A stretch of 45,732 nucleotides of DNA, filler included, from Catajapyx aquilonaris (taxonomy: Eukaryota), in assembly GCA_000934665.2 (NCBI GenBank). It is 2 parts of 2 records of this genome, joined end to end, with 100 filler letters (N's around TTAATTAATTAA, not from the genome) between each part and the next. Parts side by side here need not be neighbours in the genome. Positions count along the whole stretch, not along the records: positions 1 to 22,788 come from JYFJ02005827.1; 1 more part is not named here. One strand, written 5' to 3'. Positions within the stretch are counted from its first letter, which is position 1. Every line of letters starts with the position of its first letter. Both the position numbers and the translations under genes were made by a program. Positions 1 through 12,684 of this stretch are shown here, piece after piece. A model generated the notes under the pieces. That model saw nothing but the letters and a program-made list of their open reading frames with translations. It searched no databases and was not told the DNA's origin.

Positions 1-123
1 ATAAGGCATGAAAAAAAACTTTAAAATCTCCTCTTTCATTTGGTGTATAACACGTTCATGTACGGTTGATAGGTACGGAGCTATATGCATTTGTAATTAT
101 ACTATTCATTTGTAATCACCCTG
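1..123. mobile_element. Right end of a Tc1/mariner-type MITE
   Basis: Ends ATCACCCTG|TA, the terminus used by several complete MITEs in this window. Confidence 0.5.
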
Positions 124-574
124 TATTATATACCCAAGGTTTACTGCAGAAAAAAATGCTGCATTTTTTTCCCTTGACATATTAATATTGCTCAAGGATG
201 AGGACTCTATTTGATGACAATTGTGGTTAACGCAGAGAGCAACTTTCAGCAGTGGCTTAGAACAGAAATCAAACTTTCAATGAAATCAGATTCCAGCACC
301 TTTCATTCCATAAAATGATATTCCTCACAACTATAATTATTACCAACATGCAAGAGAAAATTAATCAAGTCCACTTTTGGCAGTTTACAGTTACACCACT
401 AACAAGTAAATCATTCTTTCTGCTGCCCCCTGGTAATGTCCAGAATTTAGTCCTGCAGATTCATAATGAGCCAGAAAGCAGAGATTTTCTGCATTAGCTA
501 TCTAGCTGTTGCTACAGTCAGCAGGGGATACTTTACACAGTTTTGAAGGCTTCCCATTAACATGTCAACCTCAC

Positions 575-3500
575 CTGACAGGTGGAGGCAGCCATGGCGG
601 TGTCAATCGCCAACGCCACGGCTGCCGCTGTCACTGGCATCTTGGTTACTGGTGTTGAGGCCGCCGGGGCGTCCGGCCCGGGCGGAGATGCGATGGCCTC
701 AGGTGACTAAAAAGACATTTAAAATACCATTAGGATGAGGGCAGCCTTATTTTTCAATTCACATTAGGACTAAGGTATCACTATTCTGTTCTAATCTGAC
801 TCCGTTAAGCAGAAAATTTGTTTGTCAGAAAATTTCCACTCAATGCTAAACCAAATTGCTGAAAATTTGCATGATTGGATGAAATTGGGCAGAGGAAACA
901 CCCCGCCAAAGTAATCTGAAGTATAATGCAAGTATTGAGGGCAGGAGGGTATGCAGGGGGAGGGATGTGAGGGTTCAAACCCCCCCCCCCCCCCCAAATC
1001 CTAGAAAGTGTTGCCAGACCCAAGGAAATTTCCCTAGATTTAGGGAAAAGAAGGAAGAATATGCAAAAGTGGTCAAAACTATGCAAAATTGAACACCGCG
1101 TAGAAAAATATATATATATGGTATTGTAAGTATTATGGAAAAAATTGACAAAAGTTAAACGAAAACGAAAATTCGCGCGCTCACGCACGTGTGAGTGGTT
1201 ATTTTATGCAGATATGTAGAGCTTGCTTATAGCCGATGTGCTTTAGGAAGATTCCACTGTACTTTGTCAGTTACATTCACCTAAGTTTGTGTGACCTTGA
1301 ACATACAAATTTCTCCCGCGTATGGTTTAATTAATTAATTATTTATTTATTTAACCCCGTATTAGAGCTCGGGGGGGGGGGGGGGGGGGGGGGAACCCAA
1401 CCCCCCCCNCCCCTCCGAACAAAAATCCTGCATATGGCCCTGATTGAGGGAGATCTTCGCTTTGCATATCTATGTCTTTAGGCAAATGTTGTTGCTTTAA
1501 AAAGACCCATGGCTTTAATAGACAGCATGTTCTTTAATTTTTTAATTAACTTTAATCCTCCCCCCTTTTCCTCCCACTCAAGTGTTCAAGAGCAGGGCAA
1601 ATTGGCAGTGACGCCACCAGATTTCAAATTCAGTCTTCTGCACAACGGAGCAAAAAACTCAACCAGAGTGATTTTTATTCTATTCATTCATCATCCTGTG
1701 TATGTCAAGGAAGTACTCACCAGCGCACATTCCTCCCTCCTCCCCCCGTCCCCTCCCCTGTTGGTCGTGGAAAAGGGGTGGTGGGCAGGAACCTAATAGC
1801 AAATTTATGGACGTCATTAGGATGAATAAAATCCACACGGTGCATTATCGAGTCAGAAGCCTGCTCTACGAAAGCCTGCCCACGAAAACTCAACCAGAGT
1901 TATTTTATTTTATTTATGCTGTCAATCATCCTGTGTATTGTCAAGTAGCTACTCACCATCCGTGGCAGCCTCCTCTTCCCCTTCGCCGGGAGGTATGTCC
2001 TGGCGAATAGGTGTGACCGGGGCACAGGTAGGCGGGGATGCTAAAACCACATGTATAAAATGTCGTTAGGATGAATTAAAACCAGTGAAAAACATGTCAC
2101 TTCTACTCTGCCCTCTTGGCAGCAGCTAATTATTGTCTAGGTAATCACCTGTTGTGAGGGCTGCCCCAGCCGGTCTGGCGAGGTGTCCTAAGGTGGAAAG
2201 AAATATTACCATTAATATACTAGTGAAACATAGTCCACAGTTGTTGTTTCTGAAGAGGACTACAGCTGCCCCATGCATGGCTTATTCCCTCTTCAAACAC
2301 AAGTGGACTTTGGGACCCACTGCACCAACCCAGATGTGATACAAGGGAGTTAGATTTTATAAATTAAGAATTTAAAACTTTGCAGCATTAGATTGCCCTT
2401 TAGTGAGATAATCATGTCATGCGAGGGTTGATTCAAAAGTCATGGCGCGTTTTTTAAAATTCAAAAACTGTAACACATACAGAGATGACCTTTGCCGAGT
2501 TTTGATGATCCGGAGATTATAATTTTATCTGGGATATAGATGTCCCCCTTATCGCAAGGGGGCCGGAAAACAAAAGGGGATTGTGACCCCCCCCCCAACC
2601 ACACTATCGCCCTAAGATGGCCTGAGCCCACCGCGCTTGGAGCTGTTGTACGCTGCATGTGGGACACTCGGAGATGGACAACACTGGAGCTTGCTTTCGA
2701 GTGTGGGACAAGTCAGAGCACTATGACCAGAGCCATGTGTCATCCATTGCCACAGACAGTTTTAAAAAACCATCGCCCTCAATGCGATCGAGTTCCAAGC
2801 AAAGGAAAAATGGCGGCACTTTTGCACCTCAAAGAGATGGCGAGGAACCAGTGAGGATGGCAATTTCCTGAGACCTTTCAGTCTTTCAGAGTCCTAAGCG
2901 TAGTGCTCGGACTTGTCCCACACTCGAAATCAAGCTCCCATGTTGTCTATCGCCGAGTGTCCAGCATGCAATGTCCAACAGTTCCAAGCACGTCAGGCTC
3001 CGGCCGTCTCAGGGCGATGGTGCGGTGAAGGGGTCACATCCTTCCTTTGTTTCCCCATCTCCCTAGCTATATGGGCGATTGTGATGGCCAAATCTTCAAA
3101 ACTCAGCCAAGGTCATCTCTGTATGTGTTACAGTTTTTGAATAAAAAAATACGCGCCATGACTTATGAATCAATCCTCGTATTTCTCATCATCAGATGTA
3201 GCTGATATCATAATCAGACTACAACCGCAAAACTGCATTGGTTGTACACTAGGGAGGTGAAATCCATGATGTTAAATTGACACCATCTGATACACCAGAT
3301 GTACAGTACCGAGCATAAAATTGGAGACACTGCAGACCTTCTCTGACCTTCCATTATCCGACTCAATTTTATGGGCTCTTCTTGGGCCCAGTTAGCCGCT
3401 TTAGGCCTGTATTCCTGTAACTATAACCGTATATTTGATACTGTAAAGGCAGGGATTGGCAGAGAACCCTGCTGAAGAGGAGGGGCTGCCTTATCCAACT

Positions 3501-6500
3501 TCATGCCCAGGACTGGTACACCAGTACACCCAACTATTGAATATTATTGCTTCTTATGTAATAATTAAAGCCTTTCAGTATAATGCAAGACACGGTCCAC
3601 AATTTATTCCTGTCTTTTCCTCCCACCTGAGAATTAAACCCATGGTATACCGACAGTGGCGTCACAAAATTTCAAATCCAGTCAACTGGCCAATGAGCCA
3701 AGAAATTTAACGAGAGTCATTTTGCAGGAAAAATATCTCAAGGAATCTACAGATCTGAGAGCAAGTGCGCACCTTTCATATACCTGTTTATATCATATGG
3801 AGACGTACCGTTGCGAGCAGAAAGTTGGAAACCCCAGGATATGTGCCCAGGGTCTTCCCAGCCGGCAGAACCTCTGCCTGTCCCCCCCATTACTAGCGAG
3901 ACAAGACATCTGATATTGGTCTGGTGTTTGGCTGGGGAGGGGGGAGGGGCTTTATGGCGCCGAATTCCGGTCCCTCGATTTAATCATTGTCGCTCTTATT
4001 TGCATGTCATGGTCTTCGCACTTTCGCATATTTGGAGAACGTTGCATCGCTACTAGGTTTAAATTAGACCAACGTTGCATGTCAGAATGACCATGTCAGT
4101 GCCAAGCATGAATAAAGACGCTCTAGGCGTAGGCAATAAATGTACCATACTGTTTATGCGCAGTTTACAACAGTCTGCTTTGTACTGCTGAAATGACAAG
4201 ATGAGGGTGGGAGTGCAGGAAGAGACACCACTCATTGTTTACCCCGGCAACTGATTTAAACACACATCAACAATCACTATACCTTACCATGCACCTCATC
4301 GTTTGTTGCATTGCATCACTTCATAATGGATGCTGGGGTAAACAATGCAGCAAAGCGCCTCTTCTTCCTGCCTCTTTTATATATCATTTTCAACTGGGGA
4401 CTTGGGCAATGAAAACTTATTGCTCATGCGTTCCTGCTGTAATGACGTCGATCACTGCGACAATGCATGATGCCGCCTTTCAATCAGCTTGTGGGGTTCA
4501 TAATTATGTGCTTCGTACACTACAAACGGCATACAGTAATAGCAAGTTACCATTGGAACTAGGAATAATTTTGCAAAGGTATCCCGTTTCTGTGAGCGCC
4601 ACATCATCTCAGGTGAGGTGATTCTTTCTCTCAATTTCTTTGGCATTGCCGACTTGCCGTTCTCCTTTGAACTTGCGACAGAGAGTTCTACAGCCGAAGG
4701 TCATTAGCCAGGTTGTCCACTACAGGAAAATCAAGATGGCACATCATTTAAGTTTCATCTATACTCCCAATAGCGGCAAGAGCTTATTCAGGTGTCGACA
4801 TCGACATGGCATATATTATTGCAAACAAATCCTGCTGCTACAAAATATTGATACTCTGTAACCTGTTCAGAAATTTTTTAAATGCACTGTAACTCATATT
4901 AGGCCTACAACTTAGGAGAATGATGATATGTTCATATGAGTGTTGATAATGATGCATGAGAGAGTTGATGCTTTCTTCCTTCTTTTGTTAATGTTCCTCT
5001 ATCCCACTCATACTACATTTTCACTCATACTATATAATGTTACCGAAAATCTGAAGTTACTGCTCCATTTTGTTGCTTTACGATGCTTTATATTTTCTTA
5101 TCATTATGGCAATTTCATTTAATGCAGGGGTGTTCAGCCAATATACAGTAAAGTTTCAAGCATGTGAACTCGTATGAAGCTTCAGACATGATTTTATCAA
5201 ATTTGGTATGGCCCGGTATGGTCAGCGACTCCTAAAAAGTTACACATCCCAGAACCCAGATTCCTAATAACCCAGATATGCCGAGCATCCCCTATAGGGC
5301 ATACCTGCACGTAAAGTTGTAATATTTTAATTTTTTTGCGTCCGTTTTACTGTTGCTAAAGAGCTGGCAGTATAGTCACTGGTGCTTCAGTAGAGTCACA
5401 GCTAATGATGCAAGTTCAAACCTGCTCAGTATTGCTTCAGCTTTTTAACATGTAGGTGTTTGAATTTCAACTCAGAAAAAAATGGCTGCACCTTATGTTC
5501 CGAATATGATTAGTTTAATTAATTCTCAAATGTTGATTAGTGTCATGAGTTATTTATTGTTTGTAATGCTTAGAAAACTTTATGAATGATGATCTCGCTG
5601 TGGAAATATGGGCATATTTTATACTTTCCTTGTCTGAGAGTAGGCCTATTGTTCAAATGTGGTGTCCCCTCTGGGGAGCACAAGAGGCAAATGCACCCAC
5701 ATTAGAACAAGTAAAGTATGTGAGTGGATTTTGTACGCTTTCCTGAACTGCTTTTTAATGAATCCACATAATTAAAACGACATTACATGTCAATTGGTTA
5801 ACATGGCAACTGTTGCAACAATCCTTGATTGTTGTTGATTGTTACTCAATTACAACCCCTTCTTTGCAAGGCCTGTTTCCGTGGTAATGCAATCGACAAC
5901 AATCAATCCTTGGTGATATTATGAAACTATGGATATTCCTGAATGTCACTGTTGCCATGGTAATGTAATCAACAACTACTATAGCCATACTGGGTTACAT
6001 TTTCCCAGCATCCCATAAGTATAGGGAGTGGCCATTTCCTCGCAAACAAGCATTCAGAAAAACTGTTTATCTCGATAGAGTAAAACTTCTATAAGTCGAA
6101 CTTCCCTAAGTAAGTCGAAGTTCTCTATAAGTCGAAGAAAATTATGAGCTTGGTTGGTCACAATGTAAAAGAATAGGAAATAAACTTCCCTAACTCGAAT
6201 ACCATTTCTATAAGTTCATGTTGGCGAGTACGGAAAATATTTTCTCATTTCCCAGACGAAGGGTCGAGAGTAGGCCATGTGCACAGAAAGGCTCAATTTC
6301 CTGATCTCCGTCTACCAGACGTACCTAAAGAAGTGTTTGACTCGATTGTGACAATATTGAATTCTTGAATTTAAGAGTAGGCAAATGTCCATAATGGAGA
6401 TTTTTTTTTCACCAAAACAACAAGTAACATTGTAAGTGTGACTGTGACAGTTATTTTAAAGTTTTGAGAACACCTTTCGTTGTTGGATATGAAGATAGGC

Positions 6501-9500
6501 TTCCTTATAGAGTTATGAGCTTAAAAAATTCCAAACTTCTCTAACTTGAATCTTCTATAACTCCAAGTTTTTTCCCGGTCCCATGGAGATTCGACTTATA
6601 GAAGTTTTACTGGTGTTTTGGGAACTAATACGAACTAGTATAAAGAAACAAAGTTCAAAAAGTCAACAAACATTTTTCCTGGTATATCATGGATAAGTAT
6701 TTATCCAGGGAATGTCTGTCGACTGTAGACCTCGTTGTCGCAAGGTCTAAGGAGAACAGTAATGTCAAAGAAAAGAGACAGGGACCCCATTTCAAAATTA
6801 TTCCCAGTTCCGGTGGTAACTTGCAATTACTGCATGCCTTTCATAGAGTATATGAAGCACATACTTACGATCCCCTCAAGCTGATTGAAAGGCGGCATCA
6901 TGCATTGTCGCAGTATATCATTACAGCAGGAATGCATGAGCAAGAAGTTTTCATTGCCCAAGTCCCCAGTTGAAGATGATGAACAAATGATGATGGCGAT
7001 GTTAATCTGCAGTGATTGTTGATGAGGGTTTTAATCAGTTGCCCGGGTAAACAACGATAGACATCTTTCCCTGCACTCCCACCCTCATCTTGACATTTAG
7101 CCTTGATGTCGGCAGTGCAAAGACTCAGCCTTTTGTAAACCGCACATAAACGATGTGGTGCATTTATTGAATATGCCGAGACCGTCTTTATTCTCGCTTG
7201 GCACTGGCATCGTCATTCTGACATGCAACATGCACCAATAATTATATTATGCTAAAATTCGACAGACCATGACATGCAAATGAAGGCGACAAAACCACAG
7301 GAACCCAGAATTTGCCACCACAAAGGTCACGCAAGCCTACTTCAGGGAATATATCAGGTAGCATACGGACCCTGGTTAAAAATGTGGGGGAATAGACGGC
7401 CTTGGTCTTGCATATCAGGTGAAACGAAAGCATTCACACCTATCCCCTCCCAGGCCAGCTCCCTGTGAGTTACCAGACCAATATGAGATACCATGTCTCG
7501 CTAGTAAAGTAGTAATGGCGGGGACAGGCAGAGGCTCTGCCGGCGGGGAAGACCCTGGGCACATGTCTTGGGGTTTCCAACTTTCTGCTAGCGACTGTAC
7601 ATGCGTGGCTCTTTCACAAGGTTGTTTTACTTATTGCAAAAGTGCCATTTCGGCATAACCATTTAGAAGTCAATGAGATGCTCACAGAATAGTTGTCATA
7701 CGGGTCTGGCGCCAACCACCTGTAATCTGTACTACAGTCGACTGCTGCTGCGGCTCTTGCCGCAGCAGGGGTGGTTGGCGATGATGTTGGGGCAGCTCTG
7801 ACGGTTGGGGCGGCTGTTGTTTGGGCGGCCTAAAAATGCATTCATAATGTTAGTATGAACTTTAGAAGCTGAAAAACATATGATGTTAGTTTCCTCAGTG
7901 TCACAACGATTATTCTTCTGCCTTCTTTGACCCTTTAAGAATTGGGCACAATGATTTCTTATCCGTAGAACAACTTGGACAGATAGTGTCGAATGACTTC
8001 ATGGGCCAAATGACCACATTAGGTAGTGTTTTTTTTTTTGTAAATTCTGGATACAGCACAGTTCATGCCTCAAGAGGTCTTGCTCATCATTTGGAATATG
8101 TTCAAAGCCATCACTCCCATGAGTAAGCAGCAAGTTCAAATTCTCCCTGGCTTATTAATTAACGAAACCTTTCGATCACTCCTGAATATTCAAGTTAGCT
8201 ACTACTTCATGTGCACAGACCCTCCTGGTGTTGCATGTTTAAGTAATATTCACTTTAATGGTCAGTGAACTGCATATGTATGAAAAGGTGAATCATAATC
8301 CTGAGGCTGAAAATAATGCTTCGTGCAGTTAAGGGTAAGTAATACCAAGTGCATACTTTCCACTTCCATGCCACTGGAATCTACATGGCAGCATTATTAT
8401 TTGAGTATTATGAGACTGAGATATCTTAGCAGAAAATACATTTGTTTGTCAGAATGTCCCAACTCACTCCCAAACTGAAGCAATATTGAGCAAGTTTGAT
8501 CTAGTATCATTAGCTGTGACCAGCGGCGTAACAACGTATTTCAGTTGCGGGGGGGCAACCATTTTGGCGTCCCCCCCCCCCCCCGAGCTTATTGTAATGA
8601 TTTTTTAGAACTTCACAAAAGGCAATTGTCCAACTTGTAACAGGCGGAATGAGAAAAGAGTGCCAATAAGCCCGCCGCAGGCGAAAATTTTGTTGTTCAA
8701 GGTTACACAACACACAAGCTTATAGGTGAATGACTGAATGTAACTGACAAAGTACAGTGGAATCCTTCTACAGTAAAACATTGATATAACGCTTAATTCC
8801 CGCTCTTAACGCTCCTTTTTCCGGGCCCTTCATCATCCCCATGAAGCCCAGTGGTATTTTCCCGCTTTTAGCGCCCCGTGCGTGTCGCGCCGGCCCTGAT
8901 CAGGCGCCCTCGAAAGGCGCCTTCGGCGCCCCTTTCGTAATTTTAGGAGGGGGCAATGTACACCCTGCCCCCCCTAGTTGTTACGCCACTGGCTGTGACT
9001 ATACTGAAACACCCGTTACTACTGCCAGCTCTTTAGCAGCAGAAGAACTAGCGCACAAAAATTCCAATGTAACAACTGTGCAGGTGTCCCCTATAGGGGA
9101 CGCTCAGCACATGTGGGTTAATAATGCTTATAATATATGTAAATTAACCCCTTCGCTACCAGATGTGCAGTAGGCGCTGAGATTCGCTTCTGTTCAACTT
9201 GCACGTACTCGGAAGATACGGACAAGATATGTTACAAATAATAACAGCTACACTTACACGTTCATGCTGAATAGTGAATACCATGAATATGCTTGGAACA
9301 ATTTTCCACTTCCAGAAGTAGCAAAATTAATTTCCAAATAATCGCTGTAAAACAAAAAATTAAATTAACGCCGGTCAACTGTTAGGCTGATGTAATTACA
9401 AAATACCTTCAAATATACGGATTAACAACCTTGAGAATCGTGAGAGGCAAGCAGCAGTAAGTATTAATTTACTTCTCACGAAGTGTGACAATTTCAGCAG

Positions 9501-12500
9501 ATTCATCATGGCAGTATTCTCCAGGGTTCCCTACATGGTTGCCTCCCCCACCCTAACCAGGGTATTGTCTCCACGTAGTACTTATGGGGCGTCCATATTG
9601 GAGCTAGATTGCATAGGAGGATAGGAAATTGGCAAGCGTCCAATTTTTTTTTTTTCAAGGACATTTTTTCACTGCATGCAGATCCCATCTGATTTAGGTG
9701 GGGGTGGCACTCATGTAGGTGACCCTGGTATTCTCAAGATTGTTGTTCCGGATATTTGAACATATTTTGTAATTAAATCAGCCTAACAGTTGGTCGGCAG
9801 TCATTTAATTTCGAGTTTTTATGGCGATTGCTCTGGAAATTAATTTTGCGAATTCTAGAAGTGTAAAATTGTTCCAAACATAATCACAGTGCACAGCATG
9901 AACGTGTAAGTGTAGCTGTTATTGTTTGTAAAACCATCTTGTCCGTATCTTCAGAGAACATGCAAGTTGAACAGAAGCGAATCTCATTGCCTAGATCTGG
10001 TACCGTAGGGGTTAAAAGGTATGGGCATGGTTCTGTACAGTATACCGTAAAAGTGAGCTGCTCAATTTTTTCCTTTTTCTTTTTCTGATGCTCATAGAGG
10101 GATACAGCCAGAATTCTTAGCTGAAGATGTTGCTCCTGTTTATGTTATTGATTGTAACGCCAGCAGAGTGCCCCTTAAGGCCAAGTTGGCTAATAAAGGG
10201 TATTAAATAAATAAAATAAATAAATAAATAAAAAAGTGAGCTGTTCGGATGTTTTAAATGAACTACTGTCCATACTGTACCCTGCTTTAAATAATTTTAA
10301 ATCAAAATCGTGAACGTCCCACCCATTTTTAGTTCGTCTTCTGGGAAAAGTATGCTATACATATTTTTTTTGCGAGAAATATCGACAAGTTTTCGGACTG
10401 TCATTTATCTTCCGTTAATGTGGCGATGGACGGAAAATCCACACCCGCATAATCGTGAGTACAGTACAGTGCTGGACAAATTAGCCGTCACTGAATGTTT
10501 TTTTTCCGTCTGCGACGGCGCTGCGTTACCTGGCAACAATGGAAGCGCTCTTCATGGGCTGATGTTTGAATTGGCCCGCCGGACAGGGTTGCCAGGTAAC
10601 GCAGCGCCGTCGCCGACGGAAAAAAAACATTCAGTAACGGCTAATTTGTCCACCACTGTATATAATTATGCTATTATCTATACCAAAACTACTCATCCTG
10701 GAAAATACCACCACCATGTCAGCTGCAACAGGTAACTTAAGAAGCCATTATCTCGTAAACTCCAGTATGTTAACCGCAACAGACTTCACTTTTTGAATCA
10801 AGCATATGGATGGTTTCCCTACGCCAAGTTTCATAAGCTTCTCAACTTACAGCAAGTACCGTGCCCTTGTGAGAGCAGGTGCTCACCTTCCCTAACACAT
10901 CATGTTCTGTATATCATACGCACACACACTCTTCACAAAGTCGTTTATATGGCGAAAGTCAATGAGATACTCACCCCACTGGCGCCAGCAGAAGGGGAAG
11001 AAGCGGCCAAGGGGGCCCGCGCGGCGGCGCGGTAGGCCTCTCTATCCTAAAAACACAATTAAAATTCCATTAGGATGAATAAAAGCCATTGGGATTCATC
11101 CCAAAGACCTTAACCCTTAACCTCGTAGGTGGGTGAAACACCTTTAACTACGTAGGTGGAGCCTGAGAGGCTCCAACGGTATATTTAAATTTCTGCTTAT
11201 CAACTAAATTGTTATATTGGACTTTTCACATACAGAAAGTGCAGTTCAGATCATTAGGCTTCCGATAACGTAAAAATCACACGCTGAGTCAGCATATTCC
11301 GACAGGGAAAAATTCTTAATTAAAAGGTTACATCATGCTTGAGCCGCTCAGTCTTCACCTGCATAGGTAGAGCCAGTATGGAGTCCAGGAGGGACCTGTT
11401 CCTCGTTACGAATTTTTTTAAACCAAACAATAGGGACTAAAAAAAATTTTCTTTCCTTTTCATGCTTAGGAAGGTTTGTCTGACAAAGTCACGGAAGGAC
11501 AGGGGAAAATAAAATTCGATGAAAAAGTTACATGCTTTTAAATAGTGCTTGGAGCCTCTCAGGCTCCACCTACGTAGTTAAGGGTTAATACAGGGTGATC
11601 CAACTCTACGGCACCAACAGTTATTGGAAAAATCAGCAAGCTGCTTGTTTATAAGCAGGTCGTTGCTAAGAGATCAATAAGAGATACTTTCTGGAGAATC
11701 GGGAATGGCACCTGCTGATATTAGGTCCAATGCCCATGTAACAATTAATGAGGTAAAAAAGGGTCATCCGTGTGGGAAACTGGCTGTGTTCTGGTGTTCG
11801 CTGGAGGGTTTCACATGAGGTCACTAGCTGCCAAACCAGAGGCCTAATCCGTCGGAACTGGACAGACCCGGGTGTGTCAATAAATAGGCCTTCTGGTCTG
11901 TTCATTGTTGGCCGCAGTTGGCGCAACTGAGACAGGTCAACACTTTGGGTCAACAGGGAGCGTCGTTTAGTTACCAGTAAATAAATAGTTCTTGTAAAGT
12001 CAGGACATGCGTTACTCAGGGGGCCTGTTCGAGGCCCGCCCAAGGGCTTCTTGGGTTCTAACAGTACAGTCTGCATTGGGCATTCTCTCATTAATTGGTA
12101 CATGTATGGGCATTGGACCTAATATCAGCAGGTGCTAAGCCTGGTAACTAAACAACGCTGCCTGTTGACCTGTCTCAGTTGCGCCAACTGCGGCCTACAA
12201 TGCACAGACCAGAAGGCCTATTTATTGACACACCCGGGTCTGTCCAGTTCCGACGGATTAGGCCTGTGGTTTGGCAGCTAGTGACCTCATGTGAAACCCT
12301 CCAGCGAACACCAGAACAGGCCTGTTTCCCCACGAATGACCCTTTTTTCCCCTCATTAACATTGTTACATGGGCATTAGACCTAATATCAGCAGGTGCTA
12401 TTCCCGATTCTCCAGAAAGAGCCAGAAAGCATCTCTTAGCAACGACCTGCTTATAAACAAGCAGCTTGCGCGATTTTTCCAATAACTACTGGTGCCACAG

Positions 12501-12629
12501 AGTTGGATCACCCTGTATTTTTGAATCATTTGGAGGAACCTGCCTTGGGTTAAATTTTAAAAATGAAAACACTCCTAACCATACAAAGCCATCAATAATA
12601 AGTAATGGGACGATATTATTATTATTATT

Positions 12630-12684
<55 letters not shown>

